From the NCBI GenBank assembly GCA_049967855.1, contig JBMFRX010000011.1, forward strand, positions 1 through 44,704: a DNA stretch of 44,704 bases. Reading direction: 5' to 3'. A model generated the notes under the pieces. That model was not told where the DNA came from, ran no database searches, and saw only the letters and a list, made by a program, of their open reading frames with translations. Positions 19,422 to 29,185 of the stretch are shown in pieces; the first letter of the stretch is position 1, and every line of letters starts with the position of its first letter. This stretch comes from Caldisericaceae bacterium (GTDB lineage Bacteria > Caldisericota > Caldisericia > Caldisericales > Caldisericaceae). The position numbers and the translations under genes are program-made.

Positions 19422-21127
19422 TCTGCCACCTCCAATGTGGACACAACTCTAATAACTTCCTCAAGCGTAGTTATGCCTTCAGCCGCTTTCGTCATCGCAT
19501 CGTCAATCAGAGTTTTCATGCCATTCTTTCTTGCTTCATGAGAAATTTCCTTAGAACTTGCGTTCTTCATAATTAGCTTTTGAATTTCAGGAGTTATTGG
19601 CAATATTTCTGTAATTGCCATTCTTCCTTTGTATCCCGAGTGATTGCACTCATCGCATCCCTCACCTTTGTAGAAAGTGAGCCCTTCTTCGATTTCAAAA
19701 CCAAGATGTTCAAGTACATTTGTGGGAGGAGAGTATGGCTGTTTGCATTTTGGACAAATCTTCCTTATTAGTCTCTGGGCAGTTGCCCCGATAAGTGATG
19801 AAGCTACAAGAAAAGGCTCAATCCCCATATCTATAAGGCGAGTTGGAATCGATGCAGAATCATTGGTATGTATTGTTGAGAATACCAGATGCCCTGTAAG
19901 AGCTGCCTCAATTGCAATCTGAGCAGTTTCCTTATCACGGATTTCTCCAATAAGAATAATATTTGGGTCTTGTCTGAGGATAGATCGAAGAGCATTAGAG
20001 AATGTGAGACCTGCTTTGTCATTTACCTGCACCTGGTTAACACCCTTAAGCTGGTATTCCACAGGATCTTCTACGGTTATGATATTCTTTGTTGGTGAAT
20101 TAAGCCTGTTTAAACAGGAATAAAGAGTAGTGGTTTTACCTGAACCTGTCGGTCCAGAAATTAAAATCATTCCATAAGGTTGAGTTATGATGTTCTCGAA
20201 CTTCTTGAGATTATACTCCGAGAACCCTAGCGCTTCTATTGGTTTTAAAGAAGATGTCTTATCAAGGATACGCAAAACTATTTTCTCTCCAAAAATGGAA
20301 GGTAGTGAAGAAACTCGGAAGTCAATTGGTCGTCCCTCATACTTAAGAGATATTCTTCCGTCTTGTGGTATCCTGCGTTCGGCAATATCCATATTTGAAA
20401 TGATTTTCAATCTTGTAAGAATGCCAGGTTGAACACCTTTAGGCAAAGTCTGTCTTTCATAGAGTATGCCATCAATTCTATATCTTACTCTCAGGTTGTT
20501 TTCGCCCGGTTCTACGTGAATGTCAGAAGCTCCTTCAACAATTGCTTGAGATATAATATTATTTACTATTTTTATAACAGGCGCGTCTTCTCCTAACTGC
20601 TTCAGTCTCGCCAGATCAACTTCCTCATGTTCCTCAACAATCTCAGGACCACCAACTTTCGCTTCTTCTTCGGCTTTCTTGAGAGTGTCTTCCATCTCAT
20701 AGTATTTCTCGATTGACTGGTTTATAGCAGAACGAGTTGCAATGTAAATCTTCACGTTACCACCGTAAGAAAGCCTTAAGTAGTCAATTGCTTCAATATT
20801 GGTTGGGTCTGCTATAGCAATGTTGAATGCGCCGTTCTCTCTCTTCAATAAGAAATAGCCGTAATACTTCGCCTTTGAAGGGTCGGTAAAACGGAGTATC
20901 TCTTTGTCAACTGGATAATTAAGAAGGTCAATATACTCAAAGCCCCATTGTTCCCCAAGAATCTGGGCCATCTGAGTATCAGAGATTACATTCGTATCAA
21001 AAAGTATTTTTAAGAGAGGCTCTTTGGTTACCTTCTGAACTGTAAGAGCTTTATCAACAGCTTCCTTAGTTGCAAAGCCTCTCTGAACAAGTAAATCTCC
21101 TACCTTAGTTGTGTTAGCTGAGATCAT
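19418..21127 (-). CDS. pilB: Type IV pilus assembly ATPase PilB (GspE family)
   Basis: ASDIHVEP, RIPQDGR, GPTGSGKTTT, RQDPNIILIGEIRD, tetracysteine CPKC...CDEC. Confidence 0.96.
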   Translation of the reverse strand: MISANTTKVGDLLVQRGFATKEAVDKALTVQKVTKEPLLKILFDTNVISDTQMAQILGEQWGFEYIDLLNYPVDKEILRFTDPSKAKYYGYFLLKRENGAFNIAIADPTNIEAIDYLRLSYGGNVKIYIATRSAINQSIEKYYEMEDTLKKAEEEAKVGGPEIVEEHEEVDLARLKQLGEDAPVIKIVNNIISQAIVEGASDIHVEPGENNLRVRYRIDGILYERQTLPKGVQPGILTRLKIISNMDIAERRIPQDGRISLKYEGRPIDFRVSSLPSIFGEKIVLRILDKTSSLKPIEALGFSEYNLKKFENIITQPYGMILISGPTGSGKTTTLYSCLNRLNSPTKNIITVEDPVEYQLKGVNQVQVNDKAGLTFSNALRSILRQDPNIILIGEIRDKETAQIAIEAALTGHLVFSTIHTNDSASIPTRLIDMGIEPFLVASSLIGATAQRLIRKICPKCKQPYSPPTNVLEHLGFEIEEGLTFYKGEGCDECNHSGYKGRMAITEILPITPEIQKLIMKNASSKEISHEARKNGMKTLIDDAMTKAAEGITTLEEVIRVVSTLEVAE

Positions 21128-23589
21128 TTAGCATCCTCCTCATTTATACCAATGATTTTATCCGCGTTTCCAAAGCCTTCCAAAACCGCTTTTGCATCCT
21201 TATATTCGAGGTGTGATTTAACAATTTCTTCAAGATACCTTCGAGCTTCGCCAAGTGCACCTTGAGTCTTCTTTAATAGAGCAAGATTGTAAAGAAGTGC
21301 CGCACGCACAGTAGTTGGCTCTTTTTCAAGAGTAAGTCCAATTTCATACTGCTTCGAGGCGAAATCTTCAAGAAGAATTTTCTCAAAAGAAATCCCTAAC
21401 AAAAGATGCATAAACGATTCATAATGATGCGAGCGGACTACAAACTGGAAAGAAGCAATCGCTTCCTCGTAACGTTCAGTAAAGAAGTAGATAAATCCGA
21501 GAACAAAGTGCAGATGATAATCGAATGGTGTTTTTGATTGTTCGTTTTTGTAGTTTTCAATAATAGGCTCAAGAAATGCCTCGTACGAGTGAGAAGGTTT
21601 GACCTCTCTCATCAAATCAAGCAAATCTTGCATAGACTCGCTTTCGACTTTGCCGATTAGACTCTTTATGAGAGCGGTTTCATTCTGAGGATCCTTCAGA
21701 AGGATAGAATTGTAAAGCGAAGAGGCTTCTTCTTTCTTATCTGCAAGCTCAAGGTATTGAGCAATTTTAAGAGTTGATTGAATATCCAAAGAATCACTTA
21801 ATTGTGTGAAAGCATCATAAACAAGTGACGCATAGCCAAGCGAATTTGAATTTACCAATTTTGTCAATACGACAGAGGCATCTTTATAATTGTGCAATTC
21901 AAGAAGGATAGAAAGATACTTTGCTATGTAATTGGCTTTGGCGGGACGCAGTGCAATTGCAAGTTCAACCAAAGAAGATTTTTTATTGACATCGCTTATA
22001 GTATCAAGGTAGCCGAATATACCCTCCGCAACTATTGACTTTTCGTCATCCAGCGGCATATCCTTTATGTAATTGCCAACTTCAACATAATCATCGAGGG
22101 GCAACCTACGCAGACTACTGGCACTTATAAACCATTTGATTGCTTCTACCTGATCTCCACCTGCAAAAAGAGATTTGTAGGAGAGGTAGGCATATTGGTA
22201 GTAAGTATCGCCTGATATGTTTCTCTTCTTAAGGATTCGGGCAACTTTCACAAGCATCGCGGAGTCTTCTCGCAAATGAGGAATTAGCCTTGTTGCAAGT
22301 GATTCTAAGACTGATTTGTCGGATACTCTATCCAAAATCGCTATGGCATTGTCAATCTTTTTAAGTTGAGTGTAAGCCTCAAATGTTTCCGTAATCATAT
22401 TCACATCATTTGGCACAAGTGGCAATAGCTCTTTCAAAACAGAAAGTTTCTCTTCTCCAGAACTGTTTCTCGCAGCAACACGCAAATAATAAACAGCCTC
22501 ATTTGTGTCCCTGCTAAGTTTGTGAATTTCTGCAAGCCTGAATAACACCTTCAAATTTGCAGGGTCGAGCAAAAGAACTTTATTGTAAAGAAATTCTGCA
22601 CTATCAACATCCCTCTGTTCGTAAGTTTGAGCTAACCCTAAAAGAATGTTTATCCCTTGATCCAATTCACCTATGCGAATTTCCTCAAGAGCTTGCACAT
22701 AAAGCGTATTATTTTTAAATCTGTTTCCGTAACTTGGGGGCTCACGAGAATTAGTATCACTTTGTTCACGATTTTCAACAGCCTTCACGGGGTTATCGGG
22801 CTCAACTGCTTGAACAGCAGTTACATCCTCAGCAGCAGGCTCTTTCAAAAGAAGAGTATCTTTACTTAAATCTGTTTTAGCATTACCAGTATCTTCAACT
22901 TTGTGAGATAAAATGCCCTCGGGATGTTCGTCATTCGTTTTAGGTATTTCAGCAGTTTCAGCTTTAGTTGCATTGATGTTCTGGTTGATCTCTATGACTT
23001 TTGCTCGAGCATTTTCATCTGCGGGATTTACGATGAGCACAGCATTAAAATAACCAAGAGCATCTTGGAGACGCCCAAGCTTCAATGCAACCTCACCACC
23101 TTTTGTGAGAATTTCAGCGTCAGGTTTTGATTGGTTTTGAATAATCTTCTCAAGGAGATTCAGTGCATTTGAGAAGAAACCGAGATTTACATAAATTTCC
23201 ACAATTGTCTTCATAAGTGCTAAATTTGATTGAAACTGCACTTCGAGAATCTTAAGAATTTGCACTGCTTCTGGAACCTCGTTAAGAGCTATCTTGTTCT
23301 TAACCACCGATAAAGTTGCATCAACCCCCTTCTTGACATTGTTAACCTCAAAGTAAAGAGGAGAAAGTTTCTCATACACTTTCACAAGTATGGCAACATT
23401 ATTCATAGAGTGCGAATTATATATATCCAATAAGTTCTCAAATATGTTTATGGTTTCGTCGACTTTTCCAAGCTCATAAGCCCTATCCCCAATTTTAATA
23501 GCCTCAGCCAAGGCACCGTTAAAATCAGATGAATCAACAAGAGCTGACAATGTTGCATAATAGTCTTTCTTACCAAAAATAGCACTCAT
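21124..23589 (-). CDS. Large TPR/alpha-solenoid protein, first gene of the pil operon
   Basis: About 820 aa; TPR-like segments (LGRLQDALGYFNAVLIVNPAD, ERYEEAIASFQ); acidic linker; TGA overlaps the pilB ATG; ATG at 23589 fits the AAGGAG SD better than the TTG at 23598. Confidence 0.8.
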   Translation of the reverse strand: MSAIFGKKDYYATLSALVDSSDFNGALAEAIKIGDRAYELGKVDETINIFENLLDIYNSHSMNNVAILVKVYEKLSPLYFEVNNVKKGVDATLSVVKNKIALNEVPEAVQILKILEVQFQSNLALMKTIVEIYVNLGFFSNALNLLEKIIQNQSKPDAEILTKGGEVALKLGRLQDALGYFNAVLIVNPADENARAKVIEINQNINATKAETAEIPKTNDEHPEGILSHKVEDTGNAKTDLSKDTLLLKEPAAEDVTAVQAVEPDNPVKAVENREQSDTNSREPPSYGNRFKNNTLYVQALEEIRIGELDQGINILLGLAQTYEQRDVDSAEFLYNKVLLLDPANLKVLFRLAEIHKLSRDTNEAVYYLRVAARNSSGEEKLSVLKELLPLVPNDVNMITETFEAYTQLKKIDNAIAILDRVSDKSVLESLATRLIPHLREDSAMLVKVARILKKRNISGDTYYQYAYLSYKSLFAGGDQVEAIKWFISASSLRRLPLDDYVEVGNYIKDMPLDDEKSIVAEGIFGYLDTISDVNKKSSLVELAIALRPAKANYIAKYLSILLELHNYKDASVVLTKLVNSNSLGYASLVYDAFTQLSDSLDIQSTLKIAQYLELADKKEEASSLYNSILLKDPQNETALIKSLIGKVESESMQDLLDLMREVKPSHSYEAFLEPIIENYKNEQSKTPFDYHLHFVLGFIYFFTERYEEAIASFQFVVRSHHYESFMHLLLGISFEKILLEDFASKQYEIGLTLEKEPTTVRAALLYNLALLKKTQGALGEARRYLEEIVKSHLEYKDAKAVLEGFGNADKIIGINEEDAK

Positions 23590-23657
23590 TTTTCCCAACT
23601 CCTTTTTATAAATTATAAAGTAATTTCAAAAAATATAAAATACTTTTTAAAAGTAAT

Positions 23658-23870
23658 TCAACGATTGCAAGAAATTGTAAACTCCTCGACGCTTCTTAAG
23701 ACGAGGTTAACATCATCCTCAAGGAACGAATCATAAAAAATAGTTACATTAGAGACTTCCCCTTTAGACACTGAAACAAGGTGCGTGTCTTCAAGAATCG
23801 CTTGCACAAACCATGTCCATTCCTTTTTTACTGCAATCTTCCTCACGATTTCTCTCTCTTTAATATCCAT
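23658..23870 (-). CDS. Small hypothetical protein downstream of mltG (possibly DUF4911-like)
   Basis: ATG at 23870 overlaps the mltG 3' end, giving MDIKEREIVRKIAVKKEWTWFVQAILED... (70 aa); fills the gap. The family assignment is from resemblance and position only. Confidence 0.55.
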   Translation of the reverse strand: MDIKEREIVRKIAVKKEWTWFVQAILEDTHLVSVSKGEVSNVTIFYDSFLEDDVNLVLRSVEEFTISCNR

Positions 23871-24789
23871 AGTACTTTGCAACATCCTTATTGTGCTCCT
23901 CAAGAGTCTTCTCGAAGACCGCTTCTCCATCAGGCTTGGTTATAAAATAGTAGTAATCTGTCTCTGGGGCATTTATTACAGCTTCAATAGAATCAAGGCC
24001 AGGATTTGATATTGGTCCTAGAGGAAGACCTGTGTATTTATATGTATTGTAAGGAGAGTCAATTTTGTAATCATCGGCAGATAGATATTCTTTATGAGAC
24101 GATAAAATATAGAAAATAGTTGCATCTGATTGTAAAGGCATTCCAACTTTGAGCCTGTTTAAGAATACACTCGCAGCAATTGGTCTATCTTTATTAAAAA
24201 CTATTTCCTTCTCAATAATCGAGGCAAGTATAATTGCTTGCTTCACAGACAGTCCTTTTGTCTGGGCAGATTTTTCGTAGTCTTTTGGCAAAACTTCGTA
24301 GAAACGCGATTTCATTTTGCTTATTACATTACTGTTACTGCTTCCTAAAATAAAATTGTAAGTATCAGGAAAAAGGTACCCTTCGTCCTTCTGGGCTTCT
24401 TCAATGAATTTTGTCTTATCATCAACTACACCTGCTTCAAACAACTTCTGGGCAATTTCCTTGACATTGTAACCTTCTGGAATGGTCACACTAATCTCTT
24501 CAGGAAGTCCTCCTTGCTCAAGTTGTTTTATAAGTTCAAAGGTGTTATGCACAGCCTCCAGATTATGCATTCCGCTCTTAAGTCTTCCTTCAGCTCCTGC
24601 TACATAGACTAAAAACGAAAAACCATAGGGATCGATAATAAGCTTGTCCTTTTTAAGCATTAAGGCAATCGATTTAGTTGTAGTTCCACTTCCTATGTTA
24701 ATAGTTCTCGAAGAAGGCTTTACAAATATAAAAGGAAAAACCTCAAGAACGAGCACTAAAATCAATAAAAAAATGATTATCAAAAACAA
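23860..24789 (-). CDS. mltG: Endolytic transglycosylase MltG (YceG family)
   Basis: N-terminal TM helix, TIPEG, EGYLFPDTY, ASIIEKE, LQSDAT, SPYNTY, GPISNPG. Confidence 0.96.
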   Translation of the reverse strand: MFLIIIFLLILVLVLEVFPFIFVKPSSRTINIGSGTTTKSIALMLKKDKLIIDPYGFSFLVYVAGAEGRLKSGMHNLEAVHNTFELIKQLEQGGLPEEISVTIPEGYNVKEIAQKLFEAGVVDDKTKFIEEAQKDEGYLFPDTYNFILGSSNSNVISKMKSRFYEVLPKDYEKSAQTKGLSVKQAIILASIIEKEIVFNKDRPIAASVFLNRLKVGMPLQSDATIFYILSSHKEYLSADDYKIDSPYNTYKYTGLPLGPISNPGLDSIEAVINAPETDYYYFITKPDGEAVFEKTLEEHNKDVAKYYGY

Positions 24790-24791
24790 GA

Positions 24792-25232
24792 TTAATCGTC
24801 TTTTCGTTTTGTCCTCCTGAGGTATCCAAGATAACCCTCTAATATAACAACAGCTTCCATTGAATCTTTAATTTTTCGCTCTTTTCTCCCCTTTATGTCG
24901 AGATTCTGAAAGATTCTGTGTGCAATGACACTGGTGTAGCGTTCATCCCAGAGGACAATTTCGTAGCCTTCCATAGCTCCTTTGAGCTCGTCTACAAAAG
25001 TCAACACCTTTTGAGCCTGTGGTCCTGTTTCTCCTTTTAGATTACGTGGCAACCCTACAACAACAACCCTGCTATTATAGCTCAAACAAATTTTAATAAT
25101 CTCTGAGATCACATTATTACCCCTGCTCAAAATCGCCACAGGCTTTCCAAAAAGCCCAAGTGGGTCGGAGACAGCAACCCCTATCCTCTCGTCGCCAACA
25201 TCAAGACCAATAATTCTAACCTCTTTCTCCGT
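24792..25232 (-). CDS. ruvX: YqgF/RuvX family nuclease (pre-16S rRNA processing / Holliday junction resolvase-like), non-canonical start
   Basis: The frame extends upstream of the track start to include IIGLDVGDERIGVAVSD; also VVGLP and WDERYTS. No ATG/GTG/TTG before the motif; ACG at 25232 used provisionally. Confidence 0.9.
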   Translation of the reverse strand, partial: TEKEVRIIGLDVGDERIGVAVSDPLGLFGKPVAILSRGNNVISEIIKICLSYNSRVVVVGLPRNLKGETGPQAQKVLTFVDELKGAMEGYEIVLWDERYTSVIAHRIFQNLDIKGRKERKIKDSMEAVVILEGYLGYLRRTKRKDD

Positions 25233-25234
25233 AT

Positions 25235-27829
25235 CTACCTCTTTGCTTCTAAAAAATCAGTTAACTCCTCTAAAGATATATTCTTGTCAGAGCTACCTTG
25301 CGCAAGACGCTCGTTACCTCCACCCTTCAGCCCAAAACGCTCTGACAAACTCTTAAATATGTCGAGAGCAGAAGTTTCGCCTGATATCTTTCCTATGAGA
25401 ACATAAGAATGACTATTAAAGTTAGATACAAGAACTACCAATCCCTCCTTAATATGTTTCTTTGCTATGTCAAACACTCTTCTCATATCGTTTAAATCGA
25501 CATCGTCGAGCTCAACAATGTGGAAAGGCACATTTTCAAGAAAGATAGATGGTTTCAAGTTGGCTATCTTACTCTGGGCAACTTCAAACAACAGCTCTTT
25601 CTTGCGGAGTTCCGATTTTCTTACCTCATCCAACACTAGCTTAATCTTGTTACTCAAAGACGTTTCATTTACCCCAAGAAGGGCCGAAACCTCACGCACT
25701 GATCTTCTGTATGAAGAAAGAAATTCATAAGCTGACCTGCCAGACAAACCCTCAATACGTTTTATTCCAGAGGCAACTGTTCGAAAAGAAGTTAGTACGA
25801 CAAGTGAAATCTCAGAAGTATTTGAAACATGTGTACCACCACAGAATTCCTTGCTAACTTCTTCTATGCTTACCACGCGGACTCTATCACCGTATTTTTC
25901 CTCAAAAAAAGCGAGTGCCCCCTGTTTCATTGCCTCATCAATACTCAATTCCTCTGTATAAACTCTTTTACTATCAAGAATAATTTCATTCATTTCTTGC
26001 TCGATTTTCGAAAGCTCAACCTGAGAAAGCAAATTATCAAAGTTGAAATCGAATCTAAATTCATCTGGCTTTACATATGAACCTTGCTGCCTTAGAGTGT
26101 TCCCAAAAGTGTTCCTGAGCACTGCCTGCAGTATATGAACTGAAGTGTGAGAACGCTTTATCGCCTGCCTTCGCTTTGCATCAACTGCAGCAGTGCAATC
26201 AGCCCCAGCTTCTACTTTACCACGAACTACTTTCCCAACGTGGAGAGTCAAACCCTGTACAGGGGACTGAGTATCATAAACCTCAAAATCAAAACTCTCA
26301 CCTTTTATTAAACCTGAATCGCCAATCTGTCCTCCCTTTTCAGCATAGAAAGGAGTTTTGTTAATCACTATGCTTACTTCTTCACCTTCGTTAGCTTCCG
26401 TTAAGAGTTCTCCGTCTCTTATGATACCAGTGATATATGTCTGTTCCATAACTCTTTCGTATCCCACAAATACAGTTTCGCCAACTTCTTGCCTAATAGA
26501 AGAAAATGTCATCTTTTCGGAATAAGAATCCGAAGTATCTGCAAAGAATTTTGCCTTCTCTCTCTGCTTATTAAGCAGAACTTCATATTCATCCCTATCA
26601 AAAGTGAGGCCATTCTCTTCGATAAGCATCTGAGAAAGCTCAAGAGGAAAACCCAATGTATCAGACAAGTAAAAAACAGATTCTGCAGGAAAAATATTTT
26701 CTCCAGTTTTTTTGACTCTGTTCATAATGTCATTGAAAAACTCAAAGCCTGAATTAAGTGTCATATTGAAACGGCTTTCCTCCCCTTTTATAGTTTTCTC
26801 AATCATCTCTTCTGAAAGCTTAAGTTCAGGATAGTCCTCTTCGTACATATTAATGACTGCAGTAGCTGTGTTGTAAAGAAAAGGCTCGGTTAAGCCAAGA
26901 TTATGACCAAAAAGCTCTGCCCTTCGAATCAGCCTTCGCAAAACATATCCTCTTTTTTCATTGCTGGGTAAAAGGCCATCTGCTATTAGAAAAGCAATAG
27001 CCCTTGTATGGTCAGCGATTGCTTTGAAATATCGCGACGAAGCATCCTCCGTGTCATAATGCTTGTGCGTGATTTTCTCAAGCTCACCGATAATCGGCAG
27101 AAACAAATCTGTCTCAAAGTCAGAATCTGTGCCTTCAATAATGCTTGTTACGCGCTCAAGACCCATTCCAGTATCAATATTTTTGCGTGGTAACGGGTTT
27201 AGTGTACCATCGGACTGGCGGTCGAACTGGGTAAAAACAAGATTCCAAAACTCAAGAAACCGTTCCCCATTACCGCCAGGAATTTCTTCTTCCTCTTCTC
27301 TCGTCCTGGCACCTCTATCAAAATAGATTTCTGAGCAGGGCCCACACGGGCCAACTGGACCCATAGTCCAAAAATTATCTGCCTCTCCAAGTGGAATTAT
27401 CCTTTCGCTGGGTATACCAACTCGTTTCCAAATATCACGCGTCTCAATGTCGTCCTTGTATATCGTAACCCATAAATTCGATAGGGGCAGTTTCAAAAAT
27501 TCCGTTGAAAACTCAAAAGCCCAATTAATTGCGTCCTCTTTAAAGTAATCTCCTATAGAAAAGTTACCAAGCATCTCAAAAAATGTATGATGGCGTTTGG
27601 TAATGCCAACATTTTCGATATCGTTTGTCCTGAGGCATTTTTGAACTGTAGTTATCCGCTGAGACGGAGGAGTTTCCTCTCCAAGAAAGTAACCCTTTAG
27701 CGGCACCATTCCTGCTACCGTAAAAAGCAAAGTCGGGTCTTGAGGGATAAGAGACGAACTCTTCAACCTCAAATGTCCCTTGTTTTCAAAAAATTTTAAA
27801 TATCCTTCACGTATTTCTTTGCTGTTCAT
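25235..27829 (-). CDS. alaS: Alanine--tRNA ligase
   Basis: DPTLLFT, RHHTFFEMLGNFS, GPCGPCSEI, IDTGMGLER, editing HxxxH and CGGTH; ATG at 27829 after a GAGGTG SD. Confidence 0.98.
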   Translation of the reverse strand: MNSKEIREGYLKFFENKGHLRLKSSSLIPQDPTLLFTVAGMVPLKGYFLGEETPPSQRITTVQKCLRTNDIENVGITKRHHTFFEMLGNFSIGDYFKEDAINWAFEFSTEFLKLPLSNLWVTIYKDDIETRDIWKRVGIPSERIIPLGEADNFWTMGPVGPCGPCSEIYFDRGARTREEEEEIPGGNGERFLEFWNLVFTQFDRQSDGTLNPLPRKNIDTGMGLERVTSIIEGTDSDFETDLFLPIIGELEKITHKHYDTEDASSRYFKAIADHTRAIAFLIADGLLPSNEKRGYVLRRLIRRAELFGHNLGLTEPFLYNTATAVINMYEEDYPELKLSEEMIEKTIKGEESRFNMTLNSGFEFFNDIMNRVKKTGENIFPAESVFYLSDTLGFPLELSQMLIEENGLTFDRDEYEVLLNKQREKAKFFADTSDSYSEKMTFSSIRQEVGETVFVGYERVMEQTYITGIIRDGELLTEANEGEEVSIVINKTPFYAEKGGQIGDSGLIKGESFDFEVYDTQSPVQGLTLHVGKVVRGKVEAGADCTAAVDAKRRQAIKRSHTSVHILQAVLRNTFGNTLRQQGSYVKPDEFRFDFNFDNLLSQVELSKIEQEMNEIILDSKRVYTEELSIDEAMKQGALAFFEEKYGDRVRVVSIEEVSKEFCGGTHVSNTSEISLVVLTSFRTVASGIKRIEGLSGRSAYEFLSSYRRSVREVSALLGVNETSLSNKIKLVLDEVRKSELRKKELLFEVAQSKIANLKPSIFLENVPFHIVELDDVDLNDMRRVFDIAKKHIKEGLVVLVSNFNSHSYVLIGKISGETSALDIFKSLSERFGLKGGGNERLAQGSSDKNISLEELTDFLEAKR

Positions 27830-28017
27830 TGTGCACCTCGTCATCTTTTCTTAAGCCATTATAATTTATTTGGATGTTTTATTCAATAGACAGTTCCTAC
27901 AATCCCAAAAGACTCAATAATCCATATTATTGACTAATAATTAAAAAAATATAAAATATTTCATATTCATTAGAAAATAACGCAATATCATAAAAACTTT
28001 TTAAAGGAGAGTTTGAA

Positions 28018-29100
28018 ATGGCAAGACAAATTAGAATTTTTGCGTTTGGAGGCAATGAAGTGTCTCCAGTTGGGCTGACAGATGCAAACGGAAAGGCAAT
28101 TGTCCCTGATATCGCAATGCAATGGGCTAGAACAGCTGAAACGTCAAAACACATTGCACACATCGTTGAATCATTTCCAGACGATAGCTACGTGCTTACG
28201 CACGGAAATGGACCACAGGTAGGAAATGTGTTGTTAAGGTCTGAGTATTCAAGACCTATACTTCCCCCATTGCCCTTAGATGTATGCGGTTCTGATACCC
28301 AGGGCTCAATGGGTTATATGCTTTCTCAGATACTTGGAAATGAACTCAGGTCAAGAAGAATAAACAAACATGTAGTCGGAATCGTTACACAGGTGGTAGT
28401 TGACAAAGACGACCCTGGCTTCAAGAATCCAACAAAGTACATAGGACCATCATATACAAAAGAAGAAGCATTACAGAGAGCAGAAAAGGACGGCTGGGTA
28501 GTGAAGCTCTACAAGAAAGATGATAAAGGAAACGAGATTTGGCGTAAAGTTGTTCCATCGCCAATACCACTTGATATAGTTGAGTTTGATCTGGTTGAAC
28601 AGGCAATTGAACAAGGAATGATACCTATTACAGTAGGAGGAGGTGGAATTCCTGTTATAAAGGTTGACCCATCAGAGGATGGTAACTTCAAGTGCAACTA
28701 TGGCATTAACTTCAAAGATGGAAAAGATACCTCAATTTACAGTGGGGTGGAAGCTGTTATCGATAAAGACCTTGCTTCAGCACTACTCGGAACAATGTTA
28801 ATAAATAGAGCTAAGGAAAAAGGAGAGGACGTTGAAGTTACATTGACTATTTTCACAGGAGAGGACGGAGCAAAATTGAACTATCAGAAACCCGATCAGG
28901 TGGATCTGAGGCACCTTACTCTTGAAGAAGCAAAGAAGTACTACTCAGAAGGTCATTTCCCTGCTGGAAGTATGGGTCCAAAGATTGCTGCAATAATAAA
29001 GTTTCTTGAAGCAGGCGGAAAGAAAGCCTACATATCACTAACTGCAAAATACCTTGAAACACTTGAGGGAAAAGCAGGTACAACTATTGTTAGAGAATAA
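28018..29100 (+). CDS. arcC: Carbamate kinase
   Basis: AFGGN, THGNGPQVG, NPTKYIGP, RKVVPSP, GGGGIPV, GVEAVIDKD, GSMGPK. Confidence 0.95.
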   Translation: MARQIRIFAFGGNEVSPVGLTDANGKAIVPDIAMQWARTAETSKHIAHIVESFPDDSYVLTHGNGPQVGNVLLRSEYSRPILPPLPLDVCGSDTQGSMGYMLSQILGNELRSRRINKHVVGIVTQVVVDKDDPGFKNPTKYIGPSYTKEEALQRAEKDGWVVKLYKKDDKGNEIWRKVVPSPIPLDIVEFDLVEQAIEQGMIPITVGGGGIPVIKVDPSEDGNFKCNYGINFKDGKDTSIYSGVEAVIDKDLASALLGTMLINRAKEKGEDVEVTLTIFTGEDGAKLNYQKPDQVDLRHLTLEEAKKYYSEGHFPAGSMGPKIAAIIKFLEAGGKKAYISLTAKYLETLEGKAGTTIVRE

Positions 29101-29185
29101 TTTTTCAAGAGTACAGTCAAATATACTCTTTCATTGCTTATATACAACAATGTTAAAATAAGATTCTAACGAATGGGAGGCAAAA

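Noticed and set aside
27930..28000. ArgR box upstream of carbamate kinase
   Set aside because: Only a half-site (ATATTCAT) in very AT-rich DNA; not distinguishable from chance
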